Shown here piece after piece: positions 22,520 through 36,200 of a stretch of 64,000 bases of DNA; positions within the stretch are counted from its first letter, which is position 1; each line of letters opens with the position of its first letter. Under the pieces are notes generated by a model. The model worked only from the letters and a program-made list of their open reading frames with translations, was not told the origin of the DNA and searched no databases. Source of the stretch: Basidiobolus meristosporus CBS 931.73 (Eukaryota; Fungi; Basidiobolomycota); the NCBI GenBank assembly GCA_002104905.1, contig MCFE01000261.1:45623-109622 (forward strand). Reading direction: 5' to 3'. The position numbers and the translations under genes are program-made.

Positions 22520-25500
22520 TATTTCTGCTGTAACACTCTGGTTCCACAACTTTGGCAGGAGCCCAATGGCTTTATGCCACTCTTCATTCACTGGTACCCA
22601 CATGTCCTGGCCTTCAGCCAGCACTGTAAGGTCTAGCACCTCATCTGCCAGTCCTTGCAATATTCCAGTGGGTTTTCTTGAGCACTGCTCTTGAAGAAGT
22701 GCTGCAACCTCTTTGTGTTCCTATTGATGTTCCAAAACTCCACTGAAGGCATTGTGATAGTCTTTTGAGCTCTTGACATTGTAGCTTTGTCTGTGAGTGG
22801 GATCTCTACTCTATCAACAATAGAGGATGTGGAGGCTGTGGTAGATAAGTTGTCTTTTTCAGCAAACTCATCTACCTTGCGGGAGTGTAGCTCAGCCGGC
22901 TGTGCTTCCAACTCTTGTGAACACAGCTGTTTTCTTGATGGTAATTCTTCTGGGCTATGATGGGATTCAGTCTGTTCCTGGCTTGCGGTGTTAATTGGCA
23001 AGAACTGCAGTTTTTTCTGTATGCCTCCCTGTCTCAGGCTTGAATAGACATTTTCCCTTTACCTCTTCCTTTATTGCTGCTAGGTCTTTCACTGCTACTT
23101 CGTCTGAGTGCTTCTTGTAAAGAACTACATTTTCTCCTGGATAAATTCTGCTCTGACGCATCTGTTTTGGCCTGCTCGTCACTTGCTGGTACTCTTACAG
23201 CAGCCTAGGGTTTCTTTTTTGCTTGTTTTGAGCTCTCAACCGTAGTTGTGACAGGCTCCTGTGAAAGTGGCTGGTTTTTTTCACTGCCAGGCTCTTCACT
23301 GCTACTTTGACTGGGTGCTTCTGGAGTGGTACTATGCTTTTTCCTTGATAAGTGTTGTGCTGGTGCATCTGTGTATGCCTACTTATCCCTAATTGGCACT
23401 CTTCCAGCAACCTGATGTCTCTTTTATGCTTATCTGTTGCTTTTGGCCCTGCCTGTAACGGGCTCTTGAGGAAGCCACTGGTTTTTAGCCATGGTACTCT
23501 TGTTCTTTTGTCTGTGATAGTTTCTGCTATTCTTAAGATACTTTCTTGCATACCAAAATTGGCCCAAAGTCTGTTTGCCTGTTTGAATCCAGGATAATGC
23601 TTATGGAACAAGTCAAGTGCATTCTGCTAGGCCTTCAGTTCCTGATGGTTCCATGGTATGCTGGCCTTAAGGTGATGGCATGCTAGACTTCTGACAACCT
23701 CTTGTATATTAGCCCACTGTTCATTATTGCATTCAATGGCTTCACAGATCTTGAATATCTTTTGATTATAGGCTTTGGTATAAATTCCACATTGTCTCCC
23801 TCCCTTGCTGTGATAGGTTATTATGTGGGCTTTATCTTTGGGCACTGTTGTTGTGCTTCAAAGACTGTACAGTACTCCTCTGCCACTACAATGGGAAGTG
23901 GCTCAACTCCTGGCTGTGACATTGAGCTACTTGAGTTCCTTCTTTGCAGCAAAGATATTGCCTTCTCTACCTGGGATATTGATTACTCTACACATATTAC
24001 ATGCTCATCCTGTTTCTAGACTATTTCCTGATTTCTCTGGGCCATTGCATCTATCCTATCAGCCACTGCACCTATATGCTTCATTAATGCTTTGGTATGA
24101 GCTGACAACATACTTGCTAATATGGGTGTAGTACTGTTATCATGGCTGCTTGCTAATCTTTAGCTGAGGGTACTGCATTTACTACATACTCATCTGCCTG
24201 AGAATAATGGTCAGCTTGTGGCTCCACAGAGGTTCTCATTGCCTACTTGACTAAGAACCTGAGGAGTCTGCATTATTACCTTCAATGGGCACACTGCTCA
24301 CAGGGCCTTTTTTGGGTGTAGCCCCACTTGTTCCACTGAGTGTCAAAGCAAGCTGTTGTCCAACCACTTTTCTGCTGCCATCAGTGGTGGCATTTGGTTG
24401 AAAACCACACAACTTTGCTTTATTTTTTGGTGGCATATATATGGAAGTGAGTCAAACCTAAGGGGAAATAGTGTTACATTTACGTAGGTATGTGGTGCCA
24501 GAACTTTATTCATAATGCTTACTATGGCAGGTCATCATTAAATCTTACATTCATGTAGGTGCAGTGTCTCTAAGACAAGACTGTGTCAAGTTCGCATGAG
24601 TATTGACCAAAAAGTGATATAACAGTGTTACATTGCTGAAGGTCAAACTTTTTGCCCCCTGGACAAGACTACTTTGACTCAACACCATAAGAGAAGAGAA
24701 AAACAACCATGTGGCTATTGTGGCAAGCCTCTCAGACATGAAGCACACAAACAGCATAGAAAGTATTACAAGGTTCATGGCTAGTTTTTTGCCACCCAAG
24801 TCATATTTGACCATTCATTGGGCACTACTGTACCAACATTATCTTACCAGTCAGTTGATACTTCTATATTGGCACCTGGCCATCTTTGTCACCTTGCGGA
24901 AACTGAGTCAGGAGAGCTTGTGATGCCTCTAGGCTCACCTCAGCCTTCTGATTTTGGGATGCATAGTGATAGCTTTGACAAGGAAGGTTCACTGATGGAT
25001 TTTGAGCCTATCTCCCCTAACAACAGTTCCACATATGAGCCCAGTCAAATCCCTATATAAAATGAGACAACACCTGTAGAAACAAAAGCCAAGGATACTT
25101 TATGGAGCCAAGTAAGCCCAGTAATCCATCTATTGGTAAATGATGTAATGTTGTGGCTAGAAAAGTGGCACATTTCCACTAATATCAGTAATGGGGGCTT
25201 TGAGGATTTATTACTACTTCTTGCTAAAATCATACCAGGATGCAACTTACCATGTACATGGTACAAGTGGACAACCATTCTGCGGCTGGCAACATATGAT
25301 CCAGAGACTATCCTGATTCCAGCATGTGTTAACAGTTGCATGGCATTCACATCCAAAAATGCTACCATTGCAACATGTCCAAATTGTCAGGAATCCACAG
25401 CCATTGAGGGAAAACATCATTCACACACCAGATACATTCTGGTCATACCCTTTCTGAGGAAGCTGATGCAGTCCAACAAATATTGCAAAGCTATACAGTA

Positions 25501-26291
25501 CCACACTCAGTGTCAATCAAGTACAAACATATCCAATATATTTGATGGCAAACATCACAAACAGCTACAAAGCAAGGGCTAATTTGAAGATACGTATGAC
25601 TATGCCTTTGCTTTAGCACTTGATGGATTCTCATTAAACAAGTACTCAACCAGAAAATCCTGCTGGCCAATGATTCTCATCAATCTGAATCTGTCACCCA
25701 TCTTATGGTATTAGAGCAATAATCTGATGGTAGTCTCACCAGTATCTGGGCCTTAATCACCATCCAGCCTGGATGGCTACCTGTATCCATTGCTGGATGC
25801 ATTTTGTATGCTTTCTAGCATGGTAACAGTAAATGATCATCATGTAAAGCACATATTTTTATCTGCATTGAAAATACCCTTGCCATCAGCAAGATAGCGG
25901 GTTTTTCCAGGCACAATGGACAGTATTGCTATTGAATGTTTGAGATCCAGGGGACTTACTCCATAACTCACACACATTATTATTGCCCAAACACCAGCAC
26001 TAAGAACATCATCTTTCCACAGTGAGAATGTCCAGAAGTAAGCATGCAATTGCAGCAAAGTTGGCAAGCTATAAGCCATTGGCCAGAATCTGGAAGCAAT
26101 TGGACACTGGAGATACTTAAGATAGAGGGTATCAGTTAGAGCAAAAGCTTTGCACTGAAACAATACATTTGCTTTTCAACAATAACCCTACACTGATGAC
26201 CAAGTTGTACATGGGGGTTTTTAAGCTAAATGAGCCCTTTGAGATACTGGAGAAATTTGAAAGAATTGGCAAGATATTACAGAGTATCTGC
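22520..26291. mobile_element. CACTA/CMC-like element copy 1 (accessory ORF on -, transposase on +), decayed
   Basis: Plus strand: ACVNSCMAF..ATCPNC, SNIFDG, ALALDGF, SCWPMILINLNL, SGP.SPSSLDGYLYP (Transposase_21-like). Divergent second ORF MPPKNK...PWNHQELKA...HYPGFKQANRLWA. No TIRs found. Confidence 0.75.
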
Positions 26292-27373
26292 TGTTGCAAT
26301 TTAAGAAGTGATTTAGATATTAGGAACTTATCAAGAAATAGTGATAATAGTTGAACTGTTGTTTATTCATAAAGAAGCTCAGTATTTATACCTTTGTAGA
26401 AGTAATACAGCAGCAACACTAAGTAGGGAGGGCTTCTCAATATTCAGGAGCATTCTCTAACAGTTTCAGGGTTAGTACATAATGTTTGGTAATAGTGCTA
26501 ATTTAATATTGACTATAGGGGAATAATCATAAGATCATATATCTGCAGAAAGTGGCAAAGTTAAGGCAGTAAATGGGTCCTACAGTGACTAAGACTAGTC
26601 TAGAATTGTTAAGTAAATTTTTAGCTGCTGAATGATACCAAATAGTCCAATATTTCAACACTCCCCTGCAACTAAATAATTTCTTAATCCCAATTTCTCT
26701 CTAAGGATCTCAAACTGTGGCCTAGCTAGTGGTTTTGTCAATATGTCTGCCACCATTTTGTCAGTTGGGCAGTAAACTAGCTCCACTAAGTTATTTTCTA
26801 CAGATTCCCTCACAAAGAGATGCTGTATATCAATGTGGTTAGTTCTGGCATGATTAGTAGGATTTCTAGCTAATGAAATATAACTTTGATTTTCCTTGTA
26901 AATACATGTTGGTTCACCTGAATTAAAACCTAAGTCTTTGAATAATTTTTGTAGCCATAAAGCCTCCTTAGTTGCTTGACATGCAGCCATATATTTGGCT
27001 TCAGTTGTAGATAGTGCCACAGTTGGTTGTTTCTTGCAATTCCAAGTAATAGCTGCACCAGCATAAAGAAATACATAGCCTGTGGTAGAGCGTCTGTCAA
27101 TCAGATCCCTACCCCAATCTGAATCACTATAACCATCAAATTTTTGCCTATTAGCTACTCCAGAGTATTCCAGTACCATATTTATGGTACCTTGTAGATA
27201 TCTGAAAATCCGCTTAACTGTTGTAATTTGATCTGATCCATAATTCTGCATGAATTGACTGACTATTCCAACTGCTACTGCAATAACTGGATGTGTAGAC
27301 ACCATCAAGTATATAAGGCTACCAACCATTGATTGATAGGGAAAGTTTTGGTCCATATTTGGTTATTTTTCAT
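26292..27373 (-). mobile_element. 5'-truncated Copia A (RNase H plus 3' LTR 26292-26660)
   Basis: ORF 26655-27356 is nearly identical to the C-terminus of 33213-37130; 369-bp LTR with PPT. Confidence 0.95.
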
Positions 27374-27384
27374 AGGGTAAGTAG

Positions 27385-28090
27385 ATCCTTTGTAATGCTC
27401 TGTTTCCACAACTTTGGTGGGAACCCAACAGGTTTATGCCATTGTTCATTCACTAGTTCCCATACATCCTGGTCTTCAGCCAGCACTGCATGGTCCAGCT
27501 CCCTATCTGCCAGTCTTTGCAATAGATCCTGCTAATATTCAAGTGTGTTTTCTTGAGCACTGCTCTTGAAGAAGTGCTGCAACCTTTTGGTGTGCCAATT
27601 GATGTTCCAAAATTCTACCAAAGGCATTGTGACAACCTCTCTAGTTCCTGGTTTTGTTACTTGGTCCATCAGTGGGATCTCCTCTCCGTCAACAATTGAA
27701 GACATGGAGGCTATGGTAGACAAAATGCCTTTCTGTGCAAACTCATCTACCTCACTGGAGTGTAGTTCAACTGGCTGCAACTTAATTCATGTGAGAACAC
27801 TTGTTTTCTTGTAGGTAATTATTCTTGGCTATGATGGGATTCAGGCTGTTCCAGGCTTACGGCATCAATTGGCAAGAACTATAGCTTTTTTCTCACAATT
27901 CCTTGTCTCTGGCTTAGGTTGACTTTTCACCCTTGACATTTTCCTTTGTCACTGCCAGATCTTTGACTGCCGCTTTGTCTGTGTGCTTCTTGTATTGAAC
28001 TACGTTTTGAATTTGATAAATGCTGCTCTGATGCATCTGTTTGGCCTCCCTGTCCCTTCCTGGCACTCTGTGGGCTACTTGATGCTGGCA
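27385..28090 (-). mobile_element. CACTA-like accessory ORF fragment (copy 2)
   Basis: Collinear with 22530-23200 (VDEFAQKG...EIPL...MPLVEFWNIN). Confidence 0.75.
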
Positions 28091-28097
28091 CAATCAG

Positions 28098-30317
28098 TTT
28101 TATTTATTTGATTTTCCATGCATTATGACTAAATCTCCATTAATTGCCATGTATCCCATCATTATGTTGCGAAAAACATTCTCAAACACTGACAGGGTAT
28201 TTTTATTGATGATTTACTCACAAGTCTATAATCAAATAGGAAATCTGCAATTCAGGTGATCTGATCCATGTCAATGCAATCCAAGATGCATCATGCGTAA
28301 TATATGGAAAATTCAACAATCACATTAGTGTTTGTATATATTTCAAATAAGACCAGGTTGATGCCAATACACTACTGTATAAGTATTCAAATCCTTCACT
28401 ATGGCCCTTATACCAAGTCTCAATTCACCTTTAGTACAACCTGGACAAAGCCCATCCCCCAGCTCACAAGTGCGGTCTGGTCCGGAAAAGTCAATGTTGG
28501 ATCCATTTGAGTTCTGACCAAATGATTTCAATATGGCCCAAGTGTCTATGATGAGCCTTCATACAGATATTTGGGCACTACTCATTAATCTAGCAGAACT
28601 AAATACCTCAGAGAGTTGACAGAGATGGAAGAACCTGAGTAGAAAGCTGTGGCATCAGTTCTACATCAAGATGCCAGTGGATGTATGTAAGGAACAATTT
28701 TGCATGCAGTTTGCCCAGTAAAGGCCGGACACATCCGCTTGTGCCTCAACTTTGGGAACCAAAGAGATTTTGAATGAGTTTTTGCCTCAAGTGACTAATG
28801 TATTATACAATATATTAGTAGAGCTAAGTGGCTTCCAGGAGCAATATACACAGGACTCATCCAGGCAACAGTTCTAAAGTATCAGAGAGAGGGTAAGTGA
28901 ATACCTTGAGGAATCAGAAGGTGAGCTTCAAGAGGAAGAATACAGACTGCCAGCAACATTGTCTAGATCACACCAGCATGCCTTGCTGGATTGCTTACCA
29001 TCCCTTGCAACTTCAGCGCACTGGTGCATGTCAGTCCAACCTATGCCAACACCCTTCACAGGAGTGCCCCACATTGTGACAATGTGTATTGGGTCAACAC
29101 ATGCGCTTCAAAGCAGAACCACCAGAACCCACCAAACCACTCAAAAAGACACAAGTCCATTGGAGCAGGCCAAGTCATGTCAACAAGCAGCATCACATTG
29201 AACTCAGCCAAGGGCCATGCCAGCGTATCAAGTTGCATCTGCACATGCCATTACACCTGACCGTCAGCAAGTTTCTTCTTGTGAACTGAGTGATGATGAC
29301 CAATATGAAGTGCCTCCACCACCAGTGCCTTTGGCAAGTAAAAGAATGCATCAGAGCGTAGCACTGCAGGCTGGCTTAGTTGCATCATCTGGAGTAACTC
29401 AGCGTGGCCAAGCTACAGCATTGCACTCATCAACTAGAAGGCAAAATACTGGCTATGAATACACAAGTAGCCAAGAGGATAGTCAGCAAGAAAGTAGTTT
29501 AGGTGTGCAAAGTGAATCATTACCAAATGCTTCAGTAATAATCCCTGTGAGAAAAAAACCTAGGAGAAGATGATGCAGTTGCATTGAATTGCTATTATTT
29601 GTAATGATTTAAACAACACATTTTTTTTTGTGATCCGCATCAAGCCATTGAAAATCAGTGATCACTAAATTTTTGATATAAGCAATATCAAGGTTGTCTC
29701 ACATTTGAGACAGAACTCCTATAAATATACACCCTGCATATGTATACATCATCTGTGGCACCAGTGCATCCATTGGATCTGATTTGCACCTATACAATTG
29801 GATGCATGCTAGCTATGACACTTTGTCCAATCACTAGGATCAGGGATTTACTTGCTTAATGGGCAAAATGGGATATTTGATGGCAAATCAGGTAGCTTGC
29901 TTATTGGTTAAAGAGCCAATTGGGGGCTGACAGCTTCAGGATAATTTTGGACCAATCAACCACTGAGATACCATCCAACTGGAGTGATGGTAACCAAAAT
30001 GGTAAGTATCAGTGTAGTTTATAATGTGATATGCATTTATTTCCATTTACATCAAAGAAACATATCCAAATACCAGATTTTACCTACCATAATAGCGGTA
30101 TCCAATTGCGCACATGATGCAAACATTACAAGTGGGTGCAATTATTTGTGCCAACCTCATTGTGTCAGATTGTGCCATAGTGTGCAAGATTGTCCCACAT
30201 GGTGCAAAATTGTCCAAGAGGGATCCTGCCAACTAGGAGCTGCAATATTGCGCTTGATTGTTCTTAGAGACTGCAGATTGCACTGTGCACCCTGGCACAG
30301 TACAATGGAACAAGTCT
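28098..30317 (+). mobile_element. Truncated, inverted second copy of the PHIS element (accessory gene only)
   Basis: Reverse complement of about 18247-20480; ends with TIR CAATGGAACAAGTCT followed by AAT; accessory ORF broken; no transposase. Confidence 0.9.
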
Positions 30318-30863
30318 AATATACCAACTTATTGATTAGTGTGATCACTGCTACCTGCTGCTACCTGAGCTTCCAACCCCAAACCACAGGACACTCCCAG
30401 GAAACCACGCTGATAGCCAACTGACCTTGGAGGCACTACTTGTGAGGAATACTAAGAGTAAGTATCTTTTACTATATTTGATTCTTTCCCAAGTTTGTTT
30501 GTGTACAGGCAAAGATACTTTTCTGTCTTTGTAACTATTGACCACAGCTGCACTCTTATCAAGTCCCTGCTGGTGGAGCTTACAGTTGTTTTGTCTTTGG
30601 AAGCTTTAGTACATTGTCATCTTAAAGGAAGCTGAACCCAGTACATACTTTTGTTAAGACACCAACTAAGTCGGGAATTGTGGCTCAATAGTTTTCCCTA
30701 GACCAGCTTGTGGCTTTATTCCCCATCATATTAGATTAGAGACAGTACCCAAGTATTCCTAGCAAGCTTTTGCCAGAGGCTATTGAACCCAGTGAGTACC
30801 CCACACACAAAACACTTGAGAAGCATTAGACTGATCTCTCCCTTGGACTTATACACCACCACA
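30318..30863 (+). mobile_element. 3' half of LTR family D
   Basis: Matches 54545-55089 and ends ...CACCACCACA. Confidence 0.75.
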
Positions 30864-33176
30864 CTGCATTATTACTTTCAGTGTGCACACTGTCCACAGA
30901 ACCTTTTTTGGATGCAGCCATGCTTGTTGCACTGAATGTGCAAGCAAGCTGTTGTCCAACCATTCTTCTGTTGTGGTCATTGGTGGGTTTTGTTGAGAAC
31001 CAGAAAACTTTGCTTTATTTTTTGGCAGGATATATATGGAAGTGAGTCAAACCCAAGGGAAATAGTGTTACATATACCTGTGTATATGGTGCCACATCTC
31101 TACTTATAATGCTTACTATGGCGTGTCATTGTTGAATTTTACATCCATGTATGTGCAATTTCTCAAATATAAGACTGTCTTATGTTCAGATGAGTGTTGA
31201 CCAAAAAGTGATATAATAGTGCTACATTGTGCAAGGTCAATCTGTTTGCCCCATGGACAAGACTACTTTGACTCAACACCATAAGAGAAGAGAAAAAAAA
31301 TTATGTGGCTATTGTGGCTAGCCTCTCAGCCATGAAGCACGCTTAGAGCATGGGAAGTATAACAAGGATCATGGCCAGTGTTTTGCCACCCTAGTCATAC
31401 TTGACCATTCATCAGTCACTAATGTACCAACATTATCTTGCTGGCCAGTTAATACTTTCATATTGGCACCTGGCTGTCTTTGTCACCTTGCGCAAACTGA
31501 GTCAGGTGAGTTTGTGATGCCTTTAGGCTCACCTCAACCTTCTGAATTTGGCATGCAGAGTGATAGCTCTGACAAAGTAGGTTCACTGATGGATTTTGAG
31601 CCTATCTCCCCTAACAACAGTACCATGTATGAGCCCAGTTAAATCCCTATATATAATAAGACAACACCTGTTGAGACAAATGCCAAGGATAATTTATGGA
31701 GCCAAGTAAGCCCAGTAATCCATCTACTGGTGAATGACGTAATATTGTAGCTAGAGAGGTGGCGTGTTGGCACTAATATCAGTAATGGGGGCTTAGAGGA
31801 TTTGTTACTGCTTCTTGCTAAAATCATACAGGGATGCAACTTACCATGTACATGGTACAAGTAGATAACCATGATGCGGCTGGTAACATATGATCCAGAG
31901 ACAGGAAGCTGATGCAGTCCAACAAATATTGCAAAGTTATATTGTACTATGCTCAGCATTAATCAAGCGCAAACACATCCAATATATATGATGGCAAACA
32001 TTACAAACAGCTACAAAGCAAGGGCTACTTTAAGGATATGTATGACCGTGTGTTTGCATCAGCACTTGATGAATTTGCATGAAACAAGTACTCTCCCAGC
32101 ATATTCTGCTGGCCACTGATTCTCATCAACCTCAATCTGTCACCCATCTTATGGAATCAGAGCAATAATCAGATGGTAGTCTCATTAACATCTGGGCCTA
32201 AATTGCTGTCCAACCTGGATGGCTATCTGTATCCATTCCTGGATGCATTTTGTATGCTTTCCAGCATGATAACAGTAAATGATCATCATGTAAAGCACAT
32301 ATATTTATCTTCATTGTAGATACCCCAGCCATCAGCAAGATGGCAGGTTCTTCCAGGCACAATGGATGGTATTGTTGTCAAATGTGTAAGATCCAAAGGA
32401 TACACTCCATAACTCACACACGTTATTATTACCCAAACACTAGCACTAAGAAAATCATCTTTCCACAGTGAGAACATACAGAAGTATGCATGCAATTGCA
32501 GCAAAGTTGGCAAGCTATGAGCCATTGGCTGGAATATGCAATCAATTGGAAACCAGAGATACTTAAGATAGAGGGTATATGTAAGAGCAAAAGCTTTCCA
32601 CTGGGAGCTATGCATTTGCTTTTCACCAATATCCCTATATTGATGACCAAGTTGAACATGTGGCATTTCAAGCTAAATGAGCCCTTCAAGGTAGCAGAGA
32701 AATCTGAAAGAACTGGTAAGCTATTAATGAGTATCTGCTACCCTAAGTACTCCTCACAGGCTCCAATTAATATTCATATGTATATGCTACAATACAAATG
32801 CAAAGACTGTTGAAATATTGGACTATTTGGTATCATTCAGCAGCTAAAAATTTACTTAACAATTCTAGGCTAGTCTTAGTCACTGTAGGACTCATTTACT
32901 GCCTTTACTTCGCCACTTTCTCAAGATATATGATCTTATGATTATCCCCCTATAGTCAGGATCAAATTAGCACTATTACCAAACATTATGTACTAACCCT
33001 GAAACTGTTACAGAATGCTCCTGAATATTGAGAAACCCTCCCTACTTAGTGTTGCAGCTGTATTACTTCTACAAAGGTATAAATACTGAGCTTCTTTATG
33101 AATAAACAACAGTTCAACTATTATCACTATTTCTTGATAAGTTCCTTATATCCAAATCACTTCTTAAATTGCAACA

Positions 33177-33189
33177 GGTTATGAGCCCC
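33177..33189 (+). promoter_or_regulatory. Primer-binding site complementary to the tRNA-iMet anticodon stem-loop
   Basis: GGTTATGAGCCC directly abuts the LTR end; complementary to GGGCTCATAACC of fungal initiator tRNA. Confidence 0.85.
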
Positions 33190-33212
33190 GATTGCCTTAA
33201 TCTATTCTAAAG

Positions 33213-36200
33213 ATGACTTCTACCAGCAAACAAAGCAATACCAACATCTTCCCTGTAAAGGAGAGGTTTGATGGGAAGAACTACAGACTTTGGAGAATCA
33301 AGATGCAGATCCACCTTGAGGAAAGAAAGCTTTGGAATATAGTAACAGGAAAGGAAGTTGAGCCCAAAGGAACAGCAGAAGATGTGGAGAAGTTTCAAGA
33401 GAAGGAGAGAAAGGCCTTCAATGCAATATGCATCAATGTGCAAGACTCCTTCATTGGACAAATCCATGCCTCAAATACTGCCAAAGCAGCATGGGAATCC
33501 TTGGAGAAGATCTTTAGAGCAAAGTCAGTATCAAGCAAGCTTTATTTGAAACGAAAGTTCTTCAACATGAGAAAAAAGCCAGATGATGACATGCTACAAC
33601 TCATTACCAGAATGGAGACACTTGCAGAAGAACTTTACAGTATTAATGCTGGTGTAGATGATGAAGAAAAGATACTCTGTCTGCTTTGCAGCCTACCAGA
33701 CGAGTATGAGCCACTCATACTTTCTTTTGAAAGCAGAGAAGACAACTTGACTTTAGACTATGTCAAAGGAAGACTTCTCCATGAAGAACTCAGACGTAAT
33801 GACCAAGCAGAGAAAATTGAAGATAATGCTTTATTCAGTTCAGAAAGGCATACAGAAAAGAAGGGAAAGCAACAAAACCGAAGAAAACCTGGCTGCTGTA
33901 ACCACTGTAAGAAGCCAGGACACTGGGCAAGAGAATGCAAGAAGAAACAAGCAGACGAAAAACAGAAACTAGAGCAGGCAAACCATATAACTACTGATGA
34001 ACAGCTATTTGTCACTGTACAAGAGAGTGCAAGTAACCAAAGTAATGAATGGTATATTGACTCTGGAGCATCACAGCATATTTGTGGTATAAAGGATTGG
34101 TTCAGCAACTTAAAGACTATTCCCGTAAGAAAGGTTTATCTGGGAGATAACTCTGCATTGGAAGCTACCGCCAGTGGGTCCATACAACTAAATATGAGTG
34201 ATAACTCAGGGGCAACAACAGCAAAACTGACTGACGTACTCTATGTACCTGGAATAGCTAAGAACCTACTCTCAGTCAGTAAAGCAACTACTCAGGGACT
34301 GAAATTTGTTTTTACTAAGCTGAGCTGCTCAATATTGAGTGAAAATGGACAAAAATTAGCTTCGGGAATCAGAGATCACAATATATACAAGTTACAATGC
34401 AAGATCATTGTACCTGAGTATGTCAACATTGCTGAAACCGATGAAACCAACTGGGAGATGTGGCATAGGAGGCTAGGACACATAGGGGAACAGAAAATGA
34501 GCCAATTGGTGAAAAATCAGCTTGTTTTGGGCCTAAAATACTCAATTCCGATCAAATTGAATGTTTGTAAAGGATGTTCATATGGCAAACAAGCTAGGCA
34601 ACGTTTCAAGAGCTCAGAAGGCATCAATACCACCGAAATATTGGCTATTGTACACTCAGACATATGTGGCCCCATGAGAACACTGTCCTTTGGAGCCAAG
34701 AGATACTTTATGACGTTTATTGATGACAAGACAAGATATACATGGGTGTACTTCCTCAAAACAAAGGATGAAGCTTTAGAGACGTTTAAGCACTTCAAGA
34801 ACATGGCAGAAACACAAACTGGGTGTAAATTGAAGGTACTACGAAGTGACAATGGAGGAGAATACTGCTCAAAGGAGTTTGCAAAATACTGCTTGTCTAC
34901 TGGTATACTTCAACAGACCACAGTTCCTCATACTCCACAGCAAAATGGAGTAGCAGAACGTGCAAACAGAACAATAGTAGAGATGGGAAGATCTATGCTA
35001 CATGATAAGGGAATGGACTACAAGTTTTGGGCTGAATCTGTTGCTACCGCTGTATACATCAAGAACAGATGCCCAACAACAGCACTACGTGATTCTACAC
35101 CCTTTGAAGCATATACAGGCAAAAAACCAGATCTCCAGCACCTCAGGATCTTTGGCAGTGATGTTTTTTATCACATCCCTGACAAAAAACGCTCAAAGTT
35201 GGAACCAAAGAGTAGAAAAGGGATCTTTCTTGGGTATTGTGAAGGTACTAAAGGGTATAGAGTGTATGATGGCGAAATTCAGAAGCTGATCAAGAGCAGG
35301 GACGTTGTATTTGAGGAGAATTCAGATCAGAAAGCCACAGAAATCATTGGCCAGCTGCCTGATGATGCAATCAACACAAATGAAGAAGATACGTACCAAA
35401 TCCAGCCAGAGATGGAAGATACTTCTACCAGTTCCAGATCAGAACAGATTATCCCAGTTAGGAGATCTACCAGAATAAGAAATGCCCCTGGATCCTGGTG
35501 GCAGACATCCAATGATCATGAAGAAGCTTATCTTGCCTTATGTGCCGAACCTCAGAATCTGGAACAGGCAATGCAAGGTCCAGATGCTACTAAGTGGCAA
35601 CAAGCCATGCAGGAGGAGTACCAATCACTGATCAAGGCAAAAACGTGGGAACTGGTAGATTTACCAAATGGGAGAAAGCCAATAGGATGTAGATGGGTCT
35701 ATAAGATCAAGATAACCTCAAATGGTGCCGTTGATAAGTACAAGGCTAGATTGGTAGCTAAAGGCTATTCCCAGATCCAGGGACTAGACTTTAAGGAAAC
35801 ATTTGCTCCGGTTGCCAAGTTTAACTCTATTAGGACAGTTCTAGCCCTGGCAGCTGTACACAGTCTAGATCTACACCAAATGGACGTCAAAACAGCCTTT
35901 CTAAATGGGGATTTGCAAGAAACTATATATATGGAGCAACCAGAAGGTTTTACCGATCCAAAAAGCCCCCATAAGGTGTGCAAACTTAGAAAATCGTTGT
36001 ATGGGCTTAAGCAGGCACCCAGAGCATGGTATAACAAGATTGACACATATCTAGAGGAAATTGGGTTCTCTCGTAGCACTGCAGATCACAGTATATATGT
36101 GAAACAGCTCAAAAAGGGTGTGATCATCCTAGTTCTTTATGTGGACAACCTAATTATAGCTACAAGTGATCAAGAGGCACTTAAACAGACGAAATCAGAT

